A stretch of DNA of 64,000 bases from Sphyrna mokarran (lineage: Eukaryota). The stretch covers positions 310,001-374,000 of the forward strand of contig JAGIQG010000048.1 in NCBI GenBank assembly GCA_024679065.1, in the 5' to 3' direction. The notes under the pieces were generated by a model. That model worked only from the letters and a program-made list of their open reading frames with translations, had not been told where the DNA came from and made no database searches. This document shows, piece after piece, positions 48,687 through 63,560 of the stretch (its first letter is position 1; each line of letters starts with the position of its first letter). The position numbers were made by a program, and so were the translations under genes.

Positions 48687-50789
48687 TGTACCAGTCTAAT
48701 CACAAGATAGTGAAGCAGGTTTGAGGAGAGATTTGGGGGAAATTTTATTTCCCTCTTTCCCCAGAAAGCAAACAATTAGTAAAGCAACTGCATTAATCTC
48801 TCTGTCAGTAATATTCACAGGGAAAATGTACTTGCATTCATATTCCTCTTCCCACGAGTAAATATGTCGATTGCCAACTAATTATTTTATAAGCTTACCT
48901 TGTATTGTTTTAAAGATTTCTCTATTTTCTCATCCAGATTTATTAAATAATTGTTCAGTATAATGGGACACAAATCTCGTTTACGCTGAATTTTCCATTT
49001 TTTTTTAAACCCACATCTTTTTCCTCAGTCCCTCCAGAAATCCAGCTGAACCCAGTCTCTCTGTTATGTTCTCTGTACATTTAAATACAGCTCCTTCTTA
49101 TAATTTGTGACTTCAGCGCATTTCCAGCCCCTAACTCACTCTGATCTATAAAACACACACTGCAAATTGCATGAGAGACTCAAAATGACTTTCTGTGCAC
49201 TGATTTTAGTTATTAGATCTTTATCCCATTATCATGAGCCTATTGAAGGCTGACACAGGATTTGATGAAGTGCAGGCTGTCCAATTTTCTGTTCCCAGCT
49301 GCAACCTGACTCTGAATGGAACTCAATGGATGTTTAGGGTGAGAATTTCATGGACATTTTTCATCTCAGCATCCATCGCAATTTCTCATGCCCTCTGCAC
49401 TCCCCCCTCCATGCCCCCCCCCCCACCAACAAGGCCTCCCTCCCTCCCTGTCCCACCTCTCCCCGACTACTCCACCCTCCCCTGTCCCTAGACCAACACC
49501 AATCTCGATTCCACTTCTTCGTTCACCATCAATAGATTCAATAGTGTACATTTATCAATCAATTGGAGAGATGGAGGGTTAGGGGAGGGAGGGTGAATGG
49601 GGTTGGGGGGGGGGTGCAGTGAGGTTTTTGAAACGGTGGGGTCATTATTTTCCCACTTTGACATGGAGATTGTCTGTTCTGGAACTCATTTTGCCCAGCC
49701 CATGCTCATTCCCAGCCTTTTCCTGTTTCTGCCCTCGCTGTTCATCGGGATGAATAACACAGAGCCCTTCTCACTGAGAGTGATTGACTTGCATGAAGTT
49801 TTGTACAGGAACCAAGATAAACACACTGTGATGGTGGAAACCCACAAGAACATCAGAAACAGGAGCAGGAGTCGGCCATCCAGCCCCTCGAGCCTGTCCC
49901 ACCATTCAATAAGATCACGGCTGATCTGAAGTGGATCAGTTCCACTTTCCCGCTTTCTCTCCGTAATTCCCTTGTCTATCAGAAACCTATCTACCCGTGA
50001 CCATCTGCAAAAATGAAAAGTCTACTCCTTGTCATATAATGATATTGTGACACTGAATTACAGACTACAAACATCGCTGGGATACCATTGGCTGGCATTA
50101 GTTCGGTATGTGAATAAACCGGCTGCAATATCAGGTCAACATGCTGTGGGTAACTCACCTCCTGACTCCTCAAATCTCTGCACCACCTACATGACACATA
50201 TCAGGAGACTAAAATGGTTCGTTCCGCTTGTTTGAGTAAGTGCAGTTCGAACAACATTCAAAAATCTTCATTCCATTCAGGACAAAGCAACCGGTATAAC
50301 ATTCGCAAATATTCTCTCCCTCCACCAGAGAGAATCATTATCTACAAGTTTCACTTCTGAACCTCATCAAGATTCCTCAGGCAGCACCTTCCAACCACGT
50401 GACAGTTACCATCTAGAAGGAACATGGTCACAGTTACTAGGGAATATCACCTATAAATTCCCCTCCCAGTCAGTTATATACCTGATGTGGAACTATATCA
50501 CCCTTCCTTCATTGTCTTTGGATCAAATCCTAGAACTCCCTCTTAACAGGACGGTATGGGTGCCTACACCGCAGGATCGGCAGCAACTCAAGAAGGCAGC
50601 TTACCACCAGCTTACTAAACACAATTAGGGATAGGCAACAAATACTGACTTGGCCGGAAACACCCATATCCCTTCAATTAAAACGTCAATATATCAATGT
50701 TTATGATTGGATGATGACTAAAATTATGCATCTTTGAGAATGGATGGCAATTGATGGAAATAAATACTAACTTTCTGAACATTTATGAC

Positions 50790-51300
50790 CTTCGCTTTCT
50801 CTGCCAGAAGACAAGTTCCATTCTACAGGAGATTCATGATTCAGACACATCACACTATCTGAAGACAAGACCGCCAGAGGAAACGGCAACATCTATAGAT
50901 ATATCTCAATCATAGCATCACGGGAAAGGTCTTTGATAGGATGCCAATGTTGTTCCTCATCTGCCTGAAGAACCTGAAGCACAGCGTTGTGTTTGTGTTG
51001 GAAGATATACATATCAAACCCATACATTCGTGAATCTCAGTCAGACATTCGACACTAGCATCAGAGACTACAACATTTGGGGGAACTAAGCGCGCTCCAC
51101 CCAAAACATCCTTGGTATCATTGCTGATATAGAAAAGGACAATTTACAACCCAACTGATAACTTCATGGGCAACACTTGCAGTTGACTCAATCTCTCCGA
51201 AATTGTCCTCCTCAGTCATCAACAAAAGTGAAATATGAAGAAAAAACACACCAAGTTAAAATGAATGTGTTTCCTGTGATTTGAACTTGTATTGTAAATG
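50790..51300 (+). mobile_element. Ancient RTE-like LINE RT remnant (truncated copy 24597-25010)
   Basis: Decayed ITL..K..RGNGNIYR.IS..SITGKVF and FVNLSQTFDT resemble RTE RT motifs (NYRGISLLS..GKVF, FIDL.KAFD). Confidence 0.55.
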
Positions 51301-54300
51301 GGAGGATGCTGCTTATCATTGGGACATTGATTCGGAAACAATATAACATGTTTTTCAGGCAATGCATAAAGACGCACACACAGATATTGTATCGTTGTCA
51401 TTCTTTCCGACAAATTNNNNNNNNNNNNNNNNNNNNNNNNNNNNNNNNNNNNNNNNNNNNNNNNNNNNNNNNNNNNNNNNNNNNNNNNNNNNNNNNNNNN
51501 NNNNNNNNNNNNNNNNNNNNNNNNNNNNNNNNNNNNNNNNNNNNNNNNNNNNNNNNNNNNNNNNNNNNNNNNNNNNNNNNNNNNNNNNNNNNNNNNNNNN
51601 NNNNNNNNNNNNNNNNNNNNNNNAAACTACATGTTGGCTTCCAGACACCCAACTAAATTCAAATAGAATGACAAACTAATCTATATTTCCACAAGGCCAT
51701 GTTTGCTGAGCTGGATGTTGAAGGTCCCATGGTCTCCAACAGCTCCCAGGGCAACATCCCTCCTTTTTCACCAAAATGAACAAAAATACATTCCCACGGA
51801 TTGGGCCATTTTGATCTGATGCTGATCTGGCAACATGGGAATATCGCCACAGGAATAGACCACTCAGCTCCTGAACTCTCCCCACCCCGCACCATTCAAT
51901 AAGATCATGGCTGATTTGTGCTCGAATCCATGTAACTTCCCGAGGCCCATATCTGTTGATACACCTGTTAATCTCAAACTTAAATCTAACAATTGAACCA
52001 GCACCATCCGCAATTGCAGAAGAGAGTTCCAAACATTCATCTCTCTCTCTCTGCGTGTAGAAATGCTTTCTATCTCCTGAAAGGTCTTTCCTATTTTTCA
52101 AAATGTGGCACTTTCTTCTTGAAACTCCAACTAATGGAAACAGTCCTCACCTGGGAGTATTTCAGAAATTTCTATCGGAACGGCCCTCAACCTTCTGAAT
52201 TCGAGAGGAAAAGTCTTAAATTCCCTGATCTCTCCTGGCAACTTACATTGAACTCCGTCCTGAGCCGAAATCTCTCCAAACGTGTGTTCCCCACACTTGC
52301 TCCCAGTACTCTAAAATTGGGGTCAAACAAGGATTTTGCACTATTGCAGTACAACATCTGTATCCGTATACCCCAGTCCTTTGGAAATGAAGGTCAGCCT
52401 TCAGTTGGGCTTCATGACTATTTTGTGCGGCAGATCGTGACATTTTAAGAAACCATGCGCCCAATCCCAAATCTTCTTTGGCATTCGTTAAATTTAACTT
52501 TGTGTCTTCCAAAAATTATATTTTGACCTCCCATTTAGCTTAGCTAAATGTCTTAGCTTTTATTGGTAGGGGGATTGAATTTCAGAGCTCCAACGTCATG
52601 TTGCAACTGTACAAAACTCTAGTGCAGCCGCACTTGGAGTATTGTGTGCAGTTCTGGTCCCCACATAATAAGAAAGATGTGGAGGCATTGGAGAGGGTAC
52701 AGAGGAGGTTTACCAGGATGTTGCCTGGTATGGAGGGCAGGTCTTATGAAGAGAGGATGAGGGATTTGAGGTTGTTTTCGTTAGAAAGAAGGCGGCTAAG
52801 AGGAGACCTTATTGAAACATATAAGATGATTAGAGGTTTAGATAGGGTGGACAGTGATAGCCTTTTCCTAGGATGGAGAAAGCTAGCACGAGGGGACATA
52901 GCTTTAAATTAAGGGGTGGTAGTTATAGGACGGATGTCAGAGGTAGGTTCTTTACCCAGAGGGTAACTGCTGCAGTTGTAGATGAGCCAAGTTTGGTGGC
53001 GTTTAAGAGGTCAATGGATAAGTTTATGGACGAAAAGGGAATGGTTTGGGTTAGAGGGTCATTGCTTTTTCTTAATTGGTCGGCGCAACATCGAAGGCTG
53101 AAGGGCCTGTTCTGCGCTGTAATGTTCTATGTTCTATTTGGATGTTTGACTTTTTGTCCCCATTATCTAAGCCCTTAATGAATATTGTAAATCATGGAGG
53201 CCCCATTATTTCCTGCCATCTAACCTTCATAATCCAGCAAGGGATGTGTACAAGGGGTCGCACCTTAAATTTTGGCACATCCCAGAAAGGGATGTGGTGT
53301 TACATTGATGGATGTGAATTCTTGGTACACTAATATCATAGATCAGACATGACAGCCATATTTTCTCAGTAGCCATAATGACGATGTTTTGCCAGCAGAT
53401 GGAAATAAGATCTGGATGGGTTACATTACATTGAAACATGGATTACTGCAATACACTGGACCTTGTATCTGTTCATTTTGAATTAGCCCCCCTCTCTCTC
53501 TCTGATAAAACTTGTATTGCACCAGTACATGTCAATGTATACAGCACACAATCACCCTGATCCGGGTCAGACCTAACTTTGCAGTTCTGTCGCATGCAGC
53601 CCTGAGCGGGCGCTGGAACATTTAAACAATTAATCGCAGCACGGGTCTCAAATAAAACCCCCCGTTCTTAGTGATATGGGAACTCAGCAAATGGAGAAGT
53701 GTGATTGAATATTCTCCAACTTGTTTGACACGTGACCCTGAAGCAGCACCCAAATATCTCCATACTACCCTGGTGCTTCAATGGAGGCCCCTCACATCAC
53801 ATGAAGCATTCACTGCCTGCTTCACAATTCCAGTGGTCTGAACTATAGACAACTTGTATACCAGCAACATAATCCTCCCACAGCACCTTCCAAACACATT
53901 AACTCTGACACTTCAAAACACACGGGCAGCAGATGCCCGAGAGTCCAATTGCTTGCAAGTGTCCATAAAACCTACACGCCATCCTGACTGAATAGTTCAG
54001 TGTCAATGGATGAAAATCTTCTAACTCCCTTTCTATCAGCACTGTGTGTGTCTTTACTCTGTTTGGAATTAAATAGTTCGAGAAGAGGGCTCATCACCAC
54101 ATTCTCAAAGTGAAAAACAAATGTTTCTTTACGGAAATGTTGTAAAGTAACTTTGAACGTGTCATATCTCTGCTTATATTCAATTAGCTCCCATCTCTGT
54201 TTGCATTGCAATAGGCCATGTCTCGATCACACTGCAACATGTTCCATCTCAAAGAACAAAGAACAAAACAGCACGGGAAACAGGCCCTTCGGCCCAACGA

Positions 54301-55219
54301 GCCTGCGCCACCACCCCTATGTTCCCACCTCTACCCGTGATCCCTGTCTATGTTTATAGATCTATGGATTAAAAACCAAATTTGAGACAATTTAGGGAGA
54401 ATTTGTTTTTGCCAATTAGCCTAAGAGCACATCTTTGGGATGTGGGAGGAAACCGGATCTCCCGGAGAAAACCCATGCAAGCACGGGGAGAATGCGCAAA
54501 CTCCCACAGACACAGGCCCAAATCCATGTATCTGCACAGCACAGCGATAGTCCCTGAGCTGTCGTGTTGCCCATCAAATGGTCCAGGTCAAGCGTACACT
54601 AACGACGTGAAGCACTAGGATACTCTCGAAAAAACTCCAAGAGCAGTCCTCTCACGACCCATCGCGTGTATGCCCCTCATTAGATAACAAGGTGGACCAA
54701 AGCACTTGTAGTTCTCCTTTAGCTCTGTACTCGGCTCAATATCAGTTGTTCCTAGATGAGACCAGGACCCTATTTAGACGGTACTTTCTGAGTTATAACT
54801 GTGCTGAACTATATTTCAGTTAATATGGGTGGCTCGTTGGCACAATGATTATCACTGCTGTTTGACATCACCAGGGACCTGGCTTCACTTCCCAGCTATG
54901 GTGACTGTCTGTGTGGAGTCTGCCTGTTCTCCCTGTGGCTGCTGGTTCTATCCCCGTCCCCCGGTTTCCTCCCACAGTCTGAAGGACGTGCTGCTTAGGT
55001 GAATTTCGGCCATGCTACACTCTCCCCTAAATTCTACCCCAACAGACGAGTAGGGGATTTTTACAGTAACTTAATTACAGTGTTAATTTCGGCCTAATGA
55101 CACTGATAAATAAGTTTCAAAACTTCAATCTGACTGCGTCTCAATTCCTACTGCATCAAAACATTTATGTGTGTGTGTACTAAACTGAAACAAAATTTTT
55201 GCATTACAAGTGTTTCGGT

Positions 55220-58160
55220 AACAAAGAACAAAGAACAACACAGCCCCGGAAACAGGCCCTTCGGCCCAACGAGCCCGCGACGCCGTCCTAACGTCTTAAT
55301 GACATATAGAGACCAATTTGTTACCCAATCAGCCTAAGAGCACATCTTTGGGATGTGGGAGGAAACCGGAGCACCCGGAGAAAACCCACGCACCCACGGG
55401 GAGAACGCGCAAACTCCCGCAGACACAGGCGCAAATCTATGTGTCTGCACAGCAATAGTCTCTGAGCTGTCATGTTGCCATCAGATGGTCCAGTTTAAGC
55501 ATACACTGACGATGTGAAGCACTAGGCCACTCCTGAAGTAACATCCAAGAGCTGCCCTCGCACGATCTGCCAAATACATGCACCTTGTTGGTCAACAAGG
55601 TGGACCAAACATCCTGTGGAAACAAACAGGATATTTAAACAGTCCTACTATATCCCTCTATCTGCAGACCGCTCATGTGGCTGTCCAAGAGACCCTTAAA
55701 CAACCCTAGCGTGCCTGCTCCCACCACCTTACTCGGCAGTGCATTCCACACCCCCACTACCCTTTGTGTGAAAACTGCCCTCTAATATTCGTCTTATACA
55801 TAGCCCCCCTCACCCTAAGGCCGTGACCCCTCGTTCTATCCTTTTGTAATGGTGGAAAAAGCTTACCACCATTTACTCTATCTATACCCCTCATAATCTT
55901 ATATACCTCTAAAAGATCCCCTCTCAGCCGACGTCTTTCAAGGGACAACAACCCCAGTGTTTTCAATCTTTCCTCGTAAGACAGCCCTTCCATACCAGGC
56001 AGCATCCTGGTAAATCTCCTCTGCACTCTCTCCAAGGCCTCCACATCCTTCCGGTAGTATGGAGACCAGAACTGGACGCAGTACTCCAAGTGAGGCCTAA
56101 CCAACGTTCTATACACTTGCAACATCAGACTCCTACTCTTGTATTCTATACCTCTTCCTATGAAGGCTAACATACCATATGCTTTCTTTATCACTTTCTC
56201 CACCTGTACTGACACCTTCAGAGACTTGTGAACCTGCACCCCCAGGTCTCTCTGCATCTCTATACTCCGGACAGTTTTACCTTTTATCCTATAACTCCCC
56301 TCTACATTATTCCGGCCAAAATGCATCACCTCGCATTTATCCGGATTACATTCCATTTGCCATCTATCTGCCCAATCTACCAGCCTATCAATGTCCTGTT
56401 GTATTGCCTGGCACTGCTCCTCAGTTCCTGCCAATCCAAGCATCTTAGTGTCATCAGCAAATTTGCTGATCACACCACCTACCCCCTCTACCAAGTCATT
56501 TATATAAATCACAAATAGAAGAGGCCCTAATACTGAGCCCTGTGGCACACCACTAGTGACAGACCTCCAGTTGGAAAAAGAGCCTTCCACTACTACCCAC
56601 TGTCTCCTCCTCCCAAGCCAGTTCTCAACCCATCTACATACCTGGCCCTGTATCCCATGCGCCTTCACCTTTTCTATCAGCCTACCATGAGGAACATTGT
56701 CAAACGCCTTACTGAAATCCATGTAGACGACATCAACGGCTTGTCCTTCATCAACCGTTTTTGTCACCTCTTCAAAAAATTCCACTAGATTCGTAAGGCA
56801 CGACCTCCCCTTAATGAAGCCATGCTGCGTATCCCTGATCTGATCGCAGCGCTCCAGATGCTCATACATCCTGCCCCTGAGGATCCTCTCCATTAGCTTA
56901 CCTATAACTGAAGTCAAGCTCACCGGCCTATAGTTCCCTGGGTTATCCCTCTGACCCTTTTTAAACAACGGTACTACATTTGCAATCCTCCAGTCCTCTG
57001 GGACCTCACCTGTGTCCAAAGAAGAGACAAAGATTTGTGTCAGAGGATCAGCAATGTCATCTCTCACCTCCCTTAGCAGCCTGGGATAAAAACCATCAGG
57101 CCCCGGAGCTTTATAAAGCTTTATGCTACCTAAAAGCCCCAACACCTCTTCCCTCGTAATGGTTATTTCCTTTAACGGGTCCTCAAATTCCTCAAAGCCA
57201 GCACCCGACATCAGGTCCCTCTCCCGCGTGAATACTGATGCAAAGTATTCATTCAAGATCTCCCCCATTCCCTCAGGCTCGAAGCATAAATCCCCTCCTC
57301 TGTCCCTGAGAGGTCCAATCTTCCCTCTAACCATCCTTTTGCTCCTTACATCGGAGTAAAATGCCTTAGGATTTTCCTTAATCCTACCTGCCAAAGCCAT
57401 CTCGTGGCCCCATTTTGCCTTTCTCACACCCCTTTTAAGATCCCGTCTACACTCTCTATATTCTTCCAGCGCTGTCTCTGTCCTCAGTTGCCTGGATCTA
57501 ACGTACGCCTCCCGCTTCTTCCTGACCAAGTCCTCGATATCCCTAGTAACCCACGGTTCTCTAATCCTACCTTTCCCATCCTTCCTCCTTACCGGCACAT
57601 GTCTTTCCTGCAAAGATTTTAGTTTTCCCTTGAAAGACTCCCACATGTACTGCGTTGACCTACCCTCGAACAGCTTCTCCCAGTCGGTATCCCTAAGATC
57701 CTGCCTAATCCGGCTGTATCTAGCCCTCCCCCAGTTTAACACCCTCTCCTTAGGGCAGGCTTCATCTTTTTCCATTAATACCCTAAAGCAGACAGAGTTG
57801 TGGTCACTATTAGACACATGCTCTCCTACTACAACGTCAACCACCTGCCCTGGCTCATTCCCAGAACCAGATCCAGTATAGCCCCCTCTCTAGTCGGGCT
57901 ATCCACATACTGCTCCAAGGACCCTTCTAAAACACGCTGTACAAATTCCTCCCCGTCCGCACCTTCCGCTCTCGGCACCTTCCAATCTACCCCAGGGAAA
58001 TTGAAATCTCCCACTACAACTACCCTATTCTTCCTACACTTACCTAAAATGTCCCTGCATATCCCTTCTTCCACGGCCCGCGGGCTGTTGGGCGGTCTGT
58101 AGTACACACCCAACATCGTAACCTCTCCCTTCCTATTCCTCAACTCCACCCATTCCAGCT
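55220..58160 (-). mobile_element. Long CR1 LINE, duplicate copy
   Basis: ORFs 57829-58149 and 55757-57844 split by a 1-bp deletion near 57860. Confidence 0.97.
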
Positions 58161-58623
58161 CAGGGAAATAGTCTCTGAGAATCCACCCTATCTATTCCTC
58201 TCAACATCTTATAAACCTCTATCAGGTCGCCTCTCAACCTACGTCTCTCCAGTGAGAAGAGTCCCAGCTCCCTCAACCTATCTTCATAAGAAATAGTGTG
58301 AACAAATTATCTGTGTTGCTTTAAAATAATTTGCCCCTTTCCCTCCTGATTTTTATCAAAGCTCTCATTACTTCCTTCCCAATTATTCAGATTGGAAATG
58401 TCAGGTATTTTCAAATATTCTCTGTCAGCACGTTATAATCCTAACCATCTTATGGTGAAGGAGGAAACTGATTCCAATCTTTACTCGCTGTAGATTTATT
58501 CAGAGTGAAAGATTACAGGTATCTCACTCCTAATACCACTCCGTGCTCTGTCAGTAAGTGTCTATATGTGCTCATGTAAACATCTCATCACTGCTTGTGT
58601 ATATTTAACCCCAAATTTTACAA

Positions 58624-59822
58624 TTAATACCCAGAGGATCTCTGATCGGTGAGACTGCCATAATGTCTCAGCAGGCTGGATGATTCAGGGAATCTTTTCC
58701 TACACTCGGAGCAGGTGAACAGCCTCTCTCGTCCGTGTGAACTTGCTTGTGTTTCCGCAGGCTGGAAGGATCGGCAAATCCCTTCCCGCACACGGAGCAG
58801 GCGAAAGGCGTCTCCCCGGTGTGAACCCGGCGGTGCACTCGCAGGCTGGACAACTCGGAGAATCCTTTCCCGCACACAGAGCAGGCGAACGGCCTCTCCC
58901 CGCTGTGAACCCGCCGGTGTTTCCAGAGGCTGGAGGAGTCCGTGAAGCCCTTCCCACACTCGGCGCAACTGAAGGGCCTTTCCCCAGAGTGAATGCGCTG
59001 GTGTGTCAGCAGACTGGTGGACCTGGTAAACCTCTTGCCGCACACGGAGCAGGTGAATGACCTCTCCCCGGTGTGAACCGCCTGGTGGTTCTGCAGGGTG
59101 GAGGACGCACTGAACCCTTTCCCGCACACGGAGCAGGTGAACGGCCTCTCTCCCGTGTGGACTCGCTGATGTATCAGCAGGTGGGATGACCGAGTGAATC
59201 CCTTCCCGCAGTCGGAGCAGGCGTACGGCCTCTCCCCGGTGTGAACTCTCCGGTGCTTCCGCACAGCGGATGATTTACTGAATCCCTCGCCACACTCTGA
59301 GCAGCTGAAGAGCTTCTCCCTGCTGTGTATTCGCTGGTGTCTGCGCAGGTTGGATGAAAGAGTGAATCCCTTCCCGCACACGGCGCAGGCGAATGACCTC
59401 TCCCCGCTGTGAACTCGCTTGTGTCTCCGGAGGCTGGACGGGCCTCCGAATCCCTTCCCGCACTCAGTGCAGGCGAAAGGCCTCTCCCCCGTGTGAGTGC
59501 GTCCGTGGGCCAGGAGACGGGACGCATCAGCGAAACCCTTGCCGCACTCAGCGCAGGCGAACGGCCTCTCCCCAAGGTGAATTTTCTGATGTGTCACCAG
59601 GTTGGATAACTGAGAGAATCCCTTCCCACAATCAGGGCAGGTGAACGGCTTCTCCCCAGTGTGACTGCGCCGATGGATCTCCAGCTCACACGGTGCTTTG
59701 AATCCTTTTCCACAGTCCCCACATTTCCACTGTTTCTCCCTGATGCGGGAGGCCTTCTGTTCCTCCAGGTTTGACGATCAAATGAAGCCTCGTCCTCACC
59801 GAGAACAGATGTACAGTCTCTC
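58624..59822 (-). CDS. Tandem C2H2 zinc-finger gene, copy 2 (12 fingers in one open frame, start codon unresolved; may be a pseudogene)
   Basis: Open from ...[14 protein letters not shown] through ORF 58668-59597; lacks the 4-bp frameshift of copy 1 and lacks one 84-bp finger; no in-frame ATG. Confidence 0.65.
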
Positions 59823-62800
59823 TCAATGTAAATGGTGCAATGTTAGTCAGACTGTGTAACCTGAACACTCTCACTGAGGTTTATACTTCTCAGTGCTTTT
59901 CCAATCACACTGAAGTTCAATCTTTTCCCACTGACAAACAAAAACAAAAAATTCTCCTTCTAGAATCCAAGGCGATGATATTCACATTGAGATTAATTGA
60001 GTGATTCTGTCAGATCTGAGCGTGATGTTTTAGAACATAGAACATTACAGCACAGAACTGGCCCTTCGGCCTTCGATGTTGCGCCGACCAATATAAAAAG
60101 CAATGCCCCTACAAACTAAACCATTCCCTTCTCTTCCATATACTTATCAACTAACCTCTTAAACGTCAACAAACTTGGCGCATCTACAACTGCCGCAGGC
60201 AGGGCATTCCACTCCCGAACCACCCTTTGGGTAAAGAACCTAACTCTGACATCCGTCCTATAACTATCACCCCTTAATTTACTTTTGTTTCGATATTTCT
60301 GTCCTGTAAATCCTCCCCTTCTAATATCCTGTGAAGGAAGTTTACAATAGAGAAGAAATTCAGAATGGACAATTCTCGATTCAATTGAACTATTTTCTAT
60401 TCTTGTAGTCCTGAAAAATTGGAAATTTCTGTCCCACACATTCGGCACCAAATGGTCACTCTCCCGATTCTGCTGGTTCTTGCTCCAGGACACACAGACC
60501 TGAAAATCTTCAGGCAAGCTGTTCACCCATCTATCCCTCATACAACTGGAGTATAATTTGTGTGAAAGCTCGATGTTGCTTTATTAGAGTTGGGAAATAT
60601 GTTTACAAGGTTTGGACTTCAAGTGAAATAAACTGGAATTCACCCCACACGAGGACATGATTTCAAATGATGTTCGTCATTCAAAAGAAATAAACCTGTC
60701 AGGCAGTGATACAGAGGGGCAATGGGACTGACTGGATTGTTCGATAGAGAATTGACATGCATTCAAGTTGCCAAATGGACATTTTTTGTGCTGTAATGTC
60801 TCACTGACTGGAAATATATAACATAACTACATTACTCTACTCCAAGAATAAAAATAAATGTACCTTACTGCAGCATCAACAATAATATATCCAACACACA
60901 CAATAACAAAACTAGAAATACCTCTCCACACAGTCTGATAATCTCCAAATAAACAATTTCCCAGCCAATCCTAATGGAATAAAGCAAAGAATAAGGTTTC
61001 ATTAATTTTATACTTCCACTGCAATAATCAAAATAAAATCAACATAAACGAAGCACACATTCACAAACAATGGCACTTCAACAAGTAGGAGAAATTTGAT
61101 TTTAAATAACAACAGGTTCCATACAAAAAATCACAAAGATTTGCAAACGTTTACGAATATTTACAAACATCACAAACCAGCCTCCCGTCCACTGACTCTG
61201 TCTACACTTCCCGCTGCCTCAGCAAAGCAGCCGGTATAATTAAGGACCCTATATACACCCTGGGCATTCTCTCCTCCACCTTTTTCCTGGCTTGGGGCAC
61301 TGTCTGTGGGGAGTTTGCACAGTTTCCTCGTGTCTGCGTGGGTTTCCTCCCTGGTTTCCTCCTGCAGACGTGCGGGTTGGGTTAATTGGCCATGCTAAAA
61401 TAAAATACCCTTAAGAGTTGTGAGATGCATAGGTTAGAGGGATTAGCAGATAAATATATAGGGGATATGGGGATCAGGCCTGGGTGGGATTGTGGTCGGT
61501 GCAGACTCGATGGGCCAAATGGCCTTCTTCTGCACTGTAGGGATTCTAGGATTTCTTCTGTCGGGAAGAAGATACAAAAGTCTGAGGACACGGGCTAACC
61601 AACATAAGAACAGCTTCTTCCCTGCTGCTGTCAAACTTTTACATGCACCCAGGCTGATCTTTCTCTGCACTTAAGCTATAACTGTGATACTACATTCTGC
61701 ACTCCCTTCTTTCCTTTTCTATGAATGGTATGTTTTGTATAACGTGCAAGAAACAATACTTTTCAATATACAGTAACAAAACTAGAAATACCTTTCCATA
61801 GAGACTGATAATCTTCAAATAAATTATTTCCCAGCCAATCCTAATGGAATAAAGCAAAGAATAAGGTTTCATTAATTTAATACTTTTACAGCAATAATCA
61901 AAATAAAATGAATATAAATGAAACATGCATTCACAGACAATGATACTTTTTAGCAACTGGGTAAATTTAACTTTTAAATAATTCAGACAATAACAGCGGG
62001 TTTCGCAAAATCACAAACATCTACAAACGTTTACAAATATTTACAAACATCACAAACCAGCCTCCCGTCCACTGACTCTGTCTACGCTTCCCGCTGCCTC
62101 GGGGAAAAGCAGCCGGTATAATTCAGGACCCCACGCACCCCAAACATTCTCTCTTCCACTTTCTTCCAGAGGGGAAACAAATACAAAAGTCGGAGGTCAC
62201 GCACCAAACACAAGAACAGCTTCTTCCCTACAGCTGTCAGACTTTTGAATGGATCGACCTTGCATGAAGTTGGCCCTCCTCTGCACCCTCGCTACAACCG
62301 TAACACTAGTCTGCATTCTCTCGTTTCCTTCTCTATGAACGGCATGCTTTGTCTGTATAACATGCGAGAAACAATACTTTTCAGGATATGTTAATACATG
62401 TGACAATAATAAACCAAATCAAACATTTCCTCCCTCCACAGATTTCTCTCTAATTCCAGTTACAGAGTCCCACAAATCTCTCTATTTCCCAGGTATGAGT
62501 TGAACTCATAGAACACTACAGCACAAACAGGCCCTTTGGCCCACAAGTTGTGCCCATCATATCTATACCTACCAGGCCATTGAACTATCTGTAACTCCCA
62601 ATCCCATGTACTCATCCAGAAGTCTCTTAAAAGACCCCAGCGAGTTCGCCTCTACCACCACAGACGGCAACCGATTCCATTCACCCCCCCCCACTCTGAA
62701 TGAAAAACTTACCTCTAACATCTCCTCTGTACTTGCCCCCCCAGCACCTTAAACCTGTGTCCTCTCGAAGCGACCATTTCAGCCCTGGGAAATAGCCTGC

Positions 62801-63289
62801 AAGAATCCACTCTATCTATTCCTCTCAACATCTTATAAACCTCTATCAGGTCGCTTCTCAACCTTTGTCTCTCCAGGGAGAAGAGACCCAGCTCCCTCAA
62901 CCTAAGACATGCCCCCTTAATCCAGGAACATCCTTGTAAATCTCCTCTGCACCCTCTCAATAGCTTCCACATCCTTCCTGTAGTGAGGTGACCAGAACTG
63001 CGTACAGTCCTCATTTCCTTTGACAGGAGGTTGGGCTGGACTCTCCCCCTCACCTCCACACACACACACACACAGCCCCAGGAGTCACAGCCTCTGGATC
63101 TCTCCCCAGTAGGTTCTCCCACTCAGCTGCTTTTTCCAGCTGCTCAGACTCCCTTCTCCCACTCCCTGAACTCTTCCCCTTCCCTCCTGAAAACCTCCCT
63201 CTTTCTCACTCACTGACCCTGGGTTGGATGGGGAGGGAGGGAGGGAGGGAGGGGGGGACACACAGGAAGAAGGTTCAATCTGTATGAGA

Positions 63290-63560
63290 GGCTCAACCTC
63301 CAACGTCACAAAGCCCACTCAACTGATTGGCTGGAGTACAAGAGTCCTTCCGGTCTGCCAGGGCTCCTGATTGGTCAGAACTTGGTTGGGGGGGGAAACA
63401 ATGGGTCTATTTTCCGGGATGGCCCGGGGAGGGGGAGGAGACAGGGTGTGCGCCTGCGCACTGGAAGCCCATGAGGTCATTGTGGAGCGGGCTGATTCCT
63501 ATTGGCTGATTCAGGTGGGGGTTCCCGGTGTGACGTCACAAGGCGGAAGTTGGTCAATGA
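63290..63560. promoter_or_regulatory. Promoter copy 3
   Basis: CRE 63531-63538, NRF1, CCAAT and ETS retained; GGGCGG box altered to GGCCCGG. Confidence 0.75.
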
